DNA of 48,213 nt, from contig JNEM01012480.1 of NCBI GenBank assembly GCA_000697335.1, positions 1 through 48,213 of the forward strand. Direction: 5' to 3'. The stretch is from Conidiobolus incongruus B7586 (taxonomy: Eukaryota). The first letter of the stretch is position 1. The number at the start of each line of letters is the position of its first letter. The position numbers and the translations under genes were made by a program. The notes beneath the pieces were generated by a model, which searched no databases, was not told the DNA's origin, and was given only the letters and a program-made list of their open reading frames with translations. Shown here in pieces: positions 1-12,006 of the stretch.

Positions 1-3000
1 CATATATATATATTATATTTTTTAAAATTAATAATATTGTTAAAAAATTTCCAATATTTTCAAATCCAAGATAATAATATTTTATTTTATTAATAGATTG
101 AATTTTTTGTGAAGTTTTATTTATAATAACCATATTGATCATTCAATATATAAATTTGGAATATTATGTAATTAAAGGTAAATTGAATAAAATGATATTA
201 TTATTAATATTTAAACATATCAATCTTGGAAATAAGCATATAATTCACAAATATTATATAATATAAATTTGAATAATAATAAAATATCTAAATAATAAAT
301 AGAATTTAATTTAATAATTATTTATATTGAACGTTCAATTCAAAATAACTTTATATTTATGATTTGAATAACACAAAATAAAATTTTTCTATAATAATTA
401 AGAAATATTAGTGAAATTTATGTTATTAGAATAATATATTTATTTTTAGTAATATATTAAATAACATATACTAAATAAATATTGAAATAAATTTTCATAT
501 AAAATTAGTATAAATATACATAATAGGGATATATATTATCATTCTAAGTTATTGATAAAAATGTTTTTTGATAAATTAATAAAAATTTTGAGTTAAAAAA
601 GAAATATAATGGAAATTGTCAAATATCAAAGAATTCAATAAGAGAAATATTATATTTTTGATGAAAGATAAGGTAACGTAATTATAAAACAGAGTAAAAA
701 TGTTTTATTATCAATATTATAAAGTAGCAATTAATTTATAATTATTCCTTATCGAATATTGATAAAACCATAATAAATGATATTGAATCAATAGATAATA
801 TAATATCAATATTTAATATATAATTTGTTGAGGAAAATCATAAAAGTATAAAAATGATACTATATGATATTTTTTTAATTTATTCATTCATAAAAACAAA
901 AATAATGAATTTATTAATTCTTATTAGAAATTATGAAATAATAATCATATAAATCATTGAATAGAATAAATAGATAAGAATATATTAGATATGACTATAA
1001 ATCAAAATATTGAAACATTCAATCAATTATATAAATATACCATTTTCAAAGAGAAGGAAAAATAAAAATAATATAGTAATTGATTTGTTCAGTAATGGAT
1101 CAAACTTATTACAAGTATTATATTGAATAATATACCATATTCTCATTTCCAGATAATGCATTTATTGATATTGGCTTTATTATATGATATATATTCGAAA
1201 ATATAATGATACAAAAAGACATTCTACAATTCAATTTGGTCCATATGATTTATCAATTTCTGAATCTAATATATTTGGTTAAAATGACAAGACTGATAAA
1301 CAAATTTATAATATTAGGATAAAAAATGTAGTATGAAATTTAATGTAATCTAATAATCCATTATCAATATAGAATGATTTACCAAATGAGGTTTGACTAT
1401 GAATATAGTCGAAAACATATTATATATAACATTACATAATATATAATGAATTTTGAAATTATTGTAGATTGTATATAATATCAAATCCAATCTATACGGA
1501 TTATAGAAAGAATGAAATATAAGGCTTTAAATTATAAAAATATATTACAATATTTAAATAGTTTGACGTGTTAACAAGTTATTTGAATGAATGAGGCTAT
1601 TATTTTAGTCTGAATATAATAATTTAAAATTATAATATAATATTCCAAAATATGAATTTCATAAAATCATTGTCAAAATAAAAAAATGAATAAAATGAAT
1701 TTGATATATATAATTAAATTAATTATAAAATTTGGTATTTTCTTGCTAAATAGCGGTATTATTATCCTTCATTGGCTTTATAGATAATAAAAACTATTAT
1801 TTAATCAAATCATTATTGATTACCTGAGAATATCACTTTTGAACCATTTTTAAGATTCAGAGTTTTTCATTATGATTAAACATCGAGAAAAATAAAAATC
1901 ACACGTAAGGAAATAAAAATGGATATATATTATATTTTTTAAATTAATTTAGTTGATAGTAGCATCATTAAAGAGATATGATAATATTTTGATATTGTCA
2001 AGGTATTATTTTCATATTTTGGATTTTACGTGTGAATAAACAATGATGATATTATCAAATTTCAATATCCAGTATATAAAAAATGAAAATATATAATTGA
2101 TACTCATTCAGCTTTGGATATTCGGAAAATAAAATCTGAAATTGCTCTTTATGAATCAAAAAAATTGAATTTCTGATTTGTGAATTAATTTTTCAATTAC
2201 TATCATCAATCAATACAAATAAGAAATATATCTTATGTTGATTCATAGATCAGTAATATAGATAAAAATTTCATATGAATTTTAGTCAAAAAATTCCAAA
2301 TATACTCTCTCAGATAATTATATTTTAATTATTGCTAATGAATCTTAGTTTTATTAAATGAAATTTCCATCATTGTTATCAATATACAAGATTTTCATGT
2401 TAAATATTAGACTAATTGCTAAGATAATGTTCTAAATATTATGTGATTTAAACTCTGAATATCCATTTCGAAATTGTGCCATTTTTCAAGCATCAAATTT
2501 TATTTAAGCAAAAATAAAAAATTGTGCAAATATATTTCTCTATTAAGATTATTAATACGACTAAAATTTATAATAAAATATAAATTAAAAACTTGATTTC
2601 GGATAGTGTTTGAGTCATTCAATGGCTCTTTAATTACTTTAAATAATACAAACACAGGTGATTTCAGAATGGGTAAGTAGATTAAGAGAGATAAATGTAT
2701 TCAAATTCGTGTGCAACTAAAATTCAGGAATGGAGATACCATGCATACTCGTGACCAAAGTTCTTGGCCGTCAGACCTTGTACTAATATTTCACAGTCTT
2801 AAGCTTTAACAATCCAATACGCAAATAATTATTGATATATGATTTCAATGATAACATTTAACAATATTCAACCTTTCCGTAGCTTTCACAATAGATTTTC
2901 ATCTTAATTCAACCTGGCTCAGATTAACCTATCAAATTAATAATTTTATAATTAATAATAATCAAATTCTTTGGTAATTTCTTTAATAATCACAATAATC

Positions 3001-4056
3001 TTTGCACCAGGCACCAACTTAACTGGATATTAAAAATAAATTATAATCTTACTAAATACATATAAATTAACTATTTAACTATATTAATTAAATGGCTATA
3101 TTATGAAATATGAAACTAAATGGTATATGTGTATATTTGAAGAGAAATTTTCAGGTTGTAATCAATTAAAAAAGACTTAGAATTAGTATATAATACTTGT
3201 CAGTTTCGAAAGAGATCAGCTGTCGAATGGTTGTTAGAGTTTAGGATTAAGTTTATTTTGAATGATAAAATAAACCGAATAAAAAATGCCATATGTAGCT
3301 AATGAGAAGAGTATGCAAGTTGGATAAGATCAAGTTTACAAAATAGAAGGAAAATTTAATTCTAGAATTATTGGTCAAAATAAACAACTATAATGAATAA
3401 CTTAAATAGGTTTCAAAATAGCTCTATGTGCATTTAATTGGACAAAAGGTCATGCTACTATTGGTAGCTTAACTCGGTCAATTTTATAGGGAGTAATATC
3501 CGACGGAACGACCTAATAATCCAGTTTACTACAGTTATTTTTTTTATTTTATATCCAACACTTAAAAATTTCTATAATTTCCTAATGTAACAAATAATTT
3601 TTAAGGTTTATAAAATTTCTTTCAAAATAGTATATTTTGTACAACTCTATAAATTTTCTCGATTTTTTAAGGATTTTCAAAGGGATAAATATTATTGGGT
3701 AACTTGGATTGATTTTCAAAGTGTTAAAATGATTATAATATTTTCGATTAACATCAGTTGATTATTAATAACACAGCTCAAAATCGTATTTGGTAATGTA
3801 AGTGGCTTACTAAGTTAATTATGTAGATTTCTCTGTGAGGAAAAATCATCCAAATTAGACAATTCTTTTGATGACAATTTGGTGAAACAATTTAATATGT
3901 TTAAATCGATTTTTCAGCTTGCATAGATTTAGTAAATTTTCCCAATTTTTTCTACACCTCATTAATATCAATTGTTGAAAATTTGCTATTTTAGAAATAT
4001 AATTAAGTGCCTAATAAATATATAATAGATGTCAATAGGAGGTTATTTTATTTTTA

Positions 4057-5793
4057 TTATCTAAAATATCGATCACAGTTAAATTGAATTAATGGTTGTG
4101 GTAATGGGTCTGAACTGTCAATCTTCATTTTCCAGCATTCAATAGTCGATAACACATCACTCGCTCCATCCCAAGCATTGCTAAAATAGTCGAATAATTT
4201 GGCTAACTGTTCATAGTCGTGTTGAACATAGTTGAGCTTATGTATGCTTTTGTTCCTTAAACTTCTCATCAACTGAAGGTAAGTAAATCCTAGTTCACAG
4301 AAATATTCTATAGGAAATGGTGGCTTCATCAGCTGCTCGAGTTGATCATCATCTAATCCATCTTCCATCATTGCTAGCAAATGAGTATTGGTGTATTGAA
4401 ACCAATCCTGTAACATTTGTAACTGATGATGACATGTCTTAATTGCTAGATTGATTATTTCCATCTGATCATTCGGCCTATCCCATAAGAATCCATTAGA
4501 GCTTAGCATATACCTGAGTAGTACGAGTTTTCCATTGAGCATGATTAAATGGCACAAGATCCTCATTGTAATCATTGGACTATTTAAACGATGCTCGATA
4601 GATAGACAAATAGGAAAGTACTTGATGTAGTTGGGTAAGGCGCTATGCCAATTTTCTAGTTCGTTAAGCAATTGGCGACATTCTATGAGGGAGTACCTTC
4701 GGTTTGTTCCAGACACTAAATGAGTGATATTAGTTAGTATGGCTGCTAGCTGAGGACAATGAGAGAGAAAAGTATCATAGTACTTTGGAAATGGATGTTT
4801 AGATTGAGCTAGCAGTTCTTGATGCTTTATACCAGGACTTTGATGTGAGTGATGACTTGATTCTTTCTGATATGGAGGAAGTAAAGCTGGTCTATTGACC
4901 AGCTGGGCAATTTGATGATCTCTGAAATGCATTAAATCCCATAGCTTTCTTATTGTATCAAGTTCTTGTTTGGAATATATTTGGTATAATCTTGAACTGG
5001 GATCGTTTATATGATGAAAATTTAATGTTTGGCTCAAACGAATTGCACTTGTCATTCTTTCAACGCATCTTGAAAAATTACCCATATTGTGATCTGCTTC
5101 CCAAAGGATCAGAATCGCTTGAATTAGCACAATATTAGGTTTGGCTAAATAGGGTAACATTTGTTTCAAGCTGAGTTGATAATGATATTCGAAAAACTCC
5201 ATGTTTTGCTGATGTAAATGTATATAAGGTGAGACCAGACTACTATCAGCAACCATCGCACTAATTAAATAATCTGGTGGAGGTTGTCTTTTAAAAGTGT
5301 TTATGTATTCACTGAATTCTAAAACACGAGGATATGAACAGTATTCGTTAACTGCAAAGAAGTGAGGGATCAGGACTTGAGGATAATCTGAGTAATCAAA
5401 TGATCGTGGCGAAAACTTGGATTTTTGTTGAGTTATTTTGACTAAATCGTAAGAATTATCATTTTGTGTAGACTCATCGAAGTCTACAACACTGGAAGTA
5501 GAAGAACATGAATATTGTGAGGGCGTCAACATGGATTCTTTTTTGCGTTTCCTGTTTAAGCATTCTTCCTCAATTAGTCTACTAACCAAAGGCATATAAT
5601 CAATAAGTGTTTTTTCCACACTGTCCATCCTCAAGTTTACTTTAGCAATAGCAGAGTTAGGAATGAAAGGTTTAGGAGGCTTTGGTTTTTTCGAGCTTTT
5701 GTTAAAGGGTGTCTTTAATTGCTCCGTAGGTCCTGGTCTATCTCTTTCATTGAATAGTTGAAATGTATTAAATTGACCAGTAAAGTTACTCAT
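4057..5793 (-). CDS. Fungal-specific transcription factor domain (Fungal_trans / fungal_TF_MHR) protein, paralogue 1, about 578 aa, intronless, no Zn2Cys6 cluster
   Basis: Long open frame with elevated GC. The ORF-track start at 5811 is a TTG; the first ATG is at 5793 (MSNFTGQFNTF), matching the start position of paralogue 2. MHR-like signature: LIQAILIL...MTSAIRLSQTLNFHH...ELDTIRKLWDLMHFRDHQIAQLVNRPALLP, later LLNELENWHSALP. Confidence 0.85.
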   Translation of the reverse strand: MSNFTGQFNTFQLFNERDRPGPTEQLKTPFNKSSKKPKPPKPFIPNSAIAKVNLRMDSVEKTLIDYMPLVSRLIEEECLNRKRKKESMLTPSQYSCSSTSSVVDFDESTQNDNSYDLVKITQQKSKFSPRSFDYSDYPQVLIPHFFAVNEYCSYPRVLEFSEYINTFKRQPPPDYLISAMVADSSLVSPYIHLHQQNMEFFEYHYQLSLKQMLPYLAKPNIVLIQAILILWEADHNMGNFSRCVERMTSAIRLSQTLNFHHINDPSSRLYQIYSKQELDTIRKLWDLMHFRDHQIAQLVNRPALLPPYQKESSHHSHQSPGIKHQELLAQSKHPFPKYYDTFLSHCPQLAAILTNITHLVSGTNRRYSLIECRQLLNELENWHSALPNYIKYFPICLSIEHRLNSPMITMRILCHLIMLNGKLVLLRYMLSSNGFLWDRPNDQMEIINLAIKTCHHQLQMLQDWFQYTNTHLLAMMEDGLDDDQLEQLMKPPFPIEYFCELGFTYLQLMRSLRNKSIHKLNYVQHDYEQLAKLFDYFSNAWDGASDVLSTIECWKMKIDSSDPLPQPLIQFNCDRYFR

Positions 5794-5903
5794 TTGTTGT
5801 CTATAATACAAGCGGAATCAAATCCACAAAAAACTATACAAAATAAAAATTTGATTAAATAAAATTAAGGAGCTCAAAAATTCGACCCAGTGGGAAGGCT
5901 GGG

Positions 5904-5911
5904 TATTTATA
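5904..5911 (-). promoter_or_regulatory. Putative TATA box (TATAAATA) of TF paralogue 1
   Basis: TATAAATA on the minus strand about 110 bp upstream of the ATG, with GAGCTC (5870-5875) between it and the ATG. The same arrangement occurs upstream of paralogue 2. Confidence 0.35.
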
Positions 5912-8900
5912 ATGCCAACTATGCAATCATATGAAACGATATGAAAGTTTGATCAATTGGGATAATAATTTTTTGTGCAAAAAATTGTAATATGCATAAT
6001 TTTTCAAATTGAATTAATCCATAACATAATCAACCATTATTTTCACCGCTACGAAGCTTATTTTAACAATATTTTCACTGTTTTAGATGAGTATTGGCAA
6101 TTTGGTTTCAATAATCAAAATTGAGATCATGTTAACTTTTGGGATAAACTAAACAGCAATTCCGATCCACAGAATAAATATTACTTACAAAATAGGATTA
6201 GAATAAATCATATTCCAAATAAAAATGTAGGTTAATCCGTTCCCTTCCCTTGAATATAGTTATTTCTTATTTTGGTATAGAAAGTAATCATGATATCATA
6301 TTAGAAATGGAGAAAGTATAAATATTGAATGAACTATATTGAAATATCATAAGATAACTATCAAGCTAACTTATAAATAAATATAACATGATTAAAACAT
6401 TTATTTATCAATTTGAATTTGATAACAATGTAATATATTAATAATAGTATCAACAATCAAATATTTTTAAATAATAAATTCAAATTTTAAAACTTTGATA
6501 CTTTAGAGCTAAACACTATCTAGTTTGATTAAAGTTTTGTAAAACAGAATAAAATAATAATTACAATAATATAAATATTTTGCAAATATAAAATCGATAA
6601 ACTTGATTAATTTATTTATATTAATATATTAATATATTTTGGCAATTATTGAGTAGCGGATATTTAATCGATTTTGAAATTTAAAAATAGTAACTTCTCC
6701 AGCAATATTTGCCCCAAATAAAAAGTTTTACGCTGGAATTTCTATGATTAGGAGATGAATTACTGATTATTATAGGATATGATTGTCTTAAGTGGATCAT
6801 TTTATATATGGTAACTAGATTATAAAATACAATTTATTTCAGGATGATAATTTTATTTTGATAATCTGAATAGTGTATATAAAAATTTTTCGCTCTTTAA
6901 CGGGTTTAGTTAAATAAAACTTCTATTGAATATTAACTAAATACTAATATTAATCCAAATTATTACTACAAGCATTAAATAATAAATTTCAAAGTATTAA
7001 ATATATGTTACATTTCTAGTAGTTATATAATAGTTAATTTTAGATACAATATTTTTAATCAGCAAATAATAATGATTTAAAATTATTTGTAATAATTAAA
7101 AAAATGTTTGAATTTTGAATATATTTTTGTTTTTTCCGATAGCATAAATATTAATTTTTATTACTCAAACTGATAAACAATACTTTGATTACTAATAGGC
7201 TAATTGAAGTGACTAAAATACCTTCAAAAATAAAACATAATTTTATTTAAATAGAATGGATTTTTATTTGATTACACACTATACCAAATCAAATCAAATA
7301 TATCCAATGTCATTTGTAATTTCAGAAATATTAAGAACTAAATTTGAAAGATTTTACAGGCTAAAAACTCTGAATATTGTTTAATTATTACACTTTCAAA
7401 CTTACCCAAGTTTAAAAAGTAAAATATTGTAATGAATGATGTATTCAATATATAATTGTTTTGTTTAGTCTGAAATTTTCAAACATCATAGTTTCAGTAC
7501 ATTACATTATTTTGCTAAAAATTTTTTTATATTAATCAGTACAAGGATTATTATATTGGATTCAGTAACTATAAGTAGTAATACCTAATTTATGAATATA
7601 ATTATATATAATGGGTAATATCAAGATAAATGACCCATTTGGAAACTCGGTTTCAATAATAGAAATATATCCTTTCCTAATTCTTCAATGTTTTATAGCT
7701 TAGAGATCATCATTGGTTTAATCAAGCATTGTATAAAAACCAAAAATACTAAAAGCGGTTAAAACTTACATTAAATTGAAGTAAAGCCACATACAATGGC
7801 AAGTTGCATCTTTTATTTTACCACTTGAAAATAGATTCAAAAAAAGATATTTAGCATGCATTAAAATTTCAAAATTATCGTTTCAATTATCGCACATTTT
7901 GAAAATTTTAAAAAAGTTTCTTCGTAAAAAATTTAAAAGAAAAACTAATTATAAGTTATAAGCATTGTTCTGTGTTTATTCAGATTAATTAATATGATAA
8001 TCATAATATATATTAAATATTGAGATTATTAATTAAGATTTATTGTTTTCATGGATTTGTATTGAATGATAAATTTTTTGACATATATCGTAATATCCCC
8101 ATTAGGAAATGGATTCCAAAAATTGACAAATCAATTTTTTTAATTGGTATTATCAAGGAAGAAAATGATTGGATTAATTAAATCCATCATTTATGGAAAT
8201 GTTGTGGAAATTTTGCAAGCATAAATTTGAATTTTTGATTTTATAATAAAATTGATAGATTGTATAATATATATTGGATTTAGACAATAATATTTAGAAT
8301 ATTCAGTCAAATCGAATTATGGATATTCACTACCAATATTGGTAATTTTACCATGGTTATATATAAGAGTTAATTGCATGTTAAATTGCTTTCGAAAGTT
8401 TAATGGTAATGAGTTTAATTCGTTCAAATATTAATATAAGATACAATCCAAATTACTGTGATTGATTATATAAGATAATTATTTTGAATTATATAATATC
8501 ACATCTATAAATAAACTTAATAATATAGTTAAATATCTATTAATAATGCTTTTAAAGGGATTTAGCAATCTCCGAATTAAAAACTTTTTTATAATATAAA
8601 ATTGATTCATAATATGTATAATATTAATGAATTGTAATTAAATTATAAATTTAAAAAATGAAATAAATAACCTATTTAAGATGAAATTTATGCGTAATAC
8701 ATTATTCAGGAATATGTAAATTTTTAGAATTATACAGTGGATTGTTAGATTTAATTAAAAGAGATTTGATGTGGTATTTGAATACAAAGATTGTTAGGCT
8801 AAATGTGGTTCCAATAGATAGAAAATGTGTTGGGGAAATGTTGGGAGTACAAAAGCGTGTCAATCCATTATAATATCGAGAACGGATACATCTGTTATTA

Positions 8901-9676
8901 ATTGATTTTTCATGGCATAATTTTTCAGCGGTCGGATTTGTGAATAATCCTCATATTTGAAATTTTATCATCCATAAAATCAATAAATTTCCGCATTTTT
9001 TTTCAAAGCTCACCGGCTGCCTATATAAGGAAATTTGAATATTTTAACCATAAAAGGGTATTTTTAATCTTTAATTATGATTTTGCAGTATCTTCACCCC
9101 AATCTCGATGAAAGTTTGTATAAGCTATACACAGAATTAATGATTAGTACAAAATTTGTTTTAATATGAATTACGGATATATGTTATGTATCTAGGCTTA
9201 TCATAGCTAATAAACTAGTTTTTCATACTATGCAACAATTATATATATTTTTTCAATTTAATTAACACTTAGTTATCTAAATTATAAATATTTTTTAATA
9301 AACTTGGCATTTTGTAAAACATTAACCTTTGAATATATGGCGTTGTTTAAAATTTAATCAAAAAAAGTTACCAAATTATAAAAATAAAACAAAACAATAC
9401 ATTCAGCAATCAATAAAGCATGTTTAAACATGTTTAATATAAGTAAAAAATAGTTAACTATTTAAAACAAGCAATATGTTTAATATTTGTTTTATATTAG
9501 TTTTAAATTTTACAAATAAATGATCAATTCAACAATAATGAGCTATGAATGATTATTTACTTTAATTTATCTACTCATAATTCCGATATATTGATAAATT
9601 ATTTATTCAATACATTATCAGGCTTGTATTATTCATAAATTATTATTTATAAAATACAATTGATTTGGTTTGAATA

Positions 9677-9770
9677 TATATTATATTATATTATATTATA
9701 TTATATTATATTATATTATATTATATTATATTATATTATATTATATTACATTATATTATATTATATTATA
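9677..9770. repeat. (TTATA)n pentanucleotide microsatellite, about 18 units
   Basis: Read directly; one TTACA variant unit near 9746-9750. Confidence 0.95.
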
Positions 9771-10653
9771 TATGCTAGTGTATATTTCTGAATTTTTGTT
9801 GTTTAATAATTATTATTTCCAGTTTATCTAAGGATTCAAAAAGTATTGATTTAAATAAGAATCATGATTCTTTGATGTAAATAATTATTGATATTTGAAT
9901 CAGGTATATTTGATGTGATTAAAACTAAAATAATAAATCTGATATTTAATCCAAGAAATCAAAATAACCTTATACAAAATTTTAGATCAATGTTTTTGAT
10001 TTGGAGGATTTGCAAAATATTAAATTATTAGTCCCTGGACAATTTTAAAAGTTATTTATTTATGATTACATGTTTTTAAAATGACTTATAATTTAAGGTT
10101 TATCATATTTCACCTTGATTTCATGGAAATATCTCAGAAATTGAATCACCAAAATTATCAGAAAAAGTTTAAACAGTATTATAAATCTTTCGTTTAACAA
10201 ATTTTTTAAATTTCAACATGATTCCTTCATAAAAATAATTTAAAACTAGTTAGCTTGTAAAATACTGAATGGTAAAAACAAATTTCCATTAAATGCTATT
10301 TTGAATATATAAGATATTCTGCTAGTACCATATATTCCTTATTTCAATCATCTCTATTTAAATTTCTTTAGTTAAATGATGCTTTAATTTAAATAACAGA
10401 TAACTGATAAATTTAATAATATTATCAAGGCATGTGTCTTCAAAAAATAGTTAAATAGAAGCTATAATTTGAATTTCAGTCATAGGTTACTTAATAAAAT
10501 ATAATGATATTAGTAATACTTTTATATTGGATAATCAATAAAAGAAATTACTTAATAATACATAAATAAAATTAAATAATATTCAATTTTTTAATATTAT
10601 AAAAAATTTCATTATATATTTTTAAGGTTTATGTCATTCTTGAATTTTCAAAT

Positions 10654-11100
10654 TTAATTTAATTCAACAATCAAACTAACAGATTTAGGTATATTTAAAT
10701 ATATTAAACAAGTATCATTACTTATAAGAATGATAAATAAATATTTTATAATAATACCATATAAATTAGGAATAGAAAAATGCTCAACAATTTGAAATTT
10801 AAAATTTAAATTTATCCAATTAATTTTGATATAAGGCAAATGACTCAATATGATTCATAAATTATCTGGATAATTTTCTTCAAATGAACTAGTTATATAG
10901 TTTCTTATATATCTCTCAATAGTTTCATTAATGCATTGGCAAGTAAATATATTAAAATAATCAATAGTTAATATATATTTATCATATGACCTTTTTAGAG
11001 TGGTTCTGAATATAATATGATTTTCATAGTAAATAAAGAATTCTTTCACAATGCTGTATGGAATTTGATTGATAATCTTCATATTTTTATCATTAAACAA
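10654..11100 (-). pseudogene. Possible decayed gene of unknown family
   Basis: ORFs 10855-11100 and 10654-10848 lie in the same frame separated by one TGA, giving about 150 codons. Further stop-interrupted coding-like sequence extends upstream to about 11333, across a GA microsatellite. No recognisable domain. Confidence 0.25.
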
Positions 11101-11162
11101 TCTTTAATGATAAAATGCTATCTCTGCAATGATTCGATTTTATGAGAATGAGGAGATAATAG

Positions 11163-11183
11163 GAGAGAGAGAGAGAGAGAGAG
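11163..11183. repeat. (GA)10 microsatellite
   Basis: Read directly. Confidence 0.9.
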
Positions 11184-12006
11184 GGTATATAAATTTATTT
11201 CTAATTGCAGATATAGAGAAAGGAGTCAACTCTGAAACATGTCTTATCCTTTACAATATATCATTTTTGATATGCCTTGTTTTTTCAATATATGGTTCAA
11301 CTCCAAATGCTTAAAATCTATTTTTATCCGACATTATTGACTTTTCAGCTTATTCATTTCCTTTACTTGGTTCAAATCCATACTTAATTAAGCTTTATTA
11401 AAATCTGATTAGCATGAGTACTACATGAAAGTGTCATATTTCTCTATGTTCGGGCAGGAGAATATGTTTCATAACAACATTTTAGATAAAAATTTTATGA
11501 TGCTATCGCTAATATATTAATATTAGTAAATATTGAAAGAATTTTACAATTCAAGAATATATCTTTTGTGAAACTCAATTTTCGCTTCATTCACTACTAT
11601 CAATACTTTTTGTGCACAAAAAGTTGATTTCAATTTGAAATTATAGTTACTAATTATAGTTCATCAAATCAAATAAATAATTGATAAGGAATATTTGAGT
11701 TGATAAATGGAGAATCAAATATTGTTAAATGAAGGCAAGGTTATTTATTATTATATAATGTATTTTTTTACTATTTCGACACAATTTATTAATGTTATTT
11801 GTTCGGTAAGTATACTGATTATTTATTATTTAGTATAATATCATACTTTCCCTAATCCATTTCGAGCCACTATTTTTCGAATTATACATAGCACACTTAC
11901 AATATAATCAAAGTATAATTGAATCATAGAGTATAAAAGTAGAGTCACATTCTTGATTAATATTAAATTAGCATTTATTGAATGCAACAAATAAATATAA
12001 TGTATA

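Noticed and set aside
600..2300. Coding-like, stop-riddled AT-rich sequence (also about 18300-19400)
   Set aside because: Could be old pseudogenes, but no sustained frame or domain could be supported.
2640..3030. Slightly GC-richer patch; one frame reads VTKVLGR (reminiscent of ribosomal protein S28)
   Set aside because: Similarity does not extend, frames contain stops, and no RNA-gene structure was recognised.
4953..5138. 61 aa plus-strand ORF
   Set aside because: Antisense shadow inside TF paralogue 1; non-ATG start.
9419..9432. 14-bp palindrome CATGTTTAAACATG
   Set aside because: Isolated and plausible by chance at this base composition.
11129..11314. 61 aa ORF
   Set aside because: Short, spans the GA microsatellite (ERERER), no recognisable homology.
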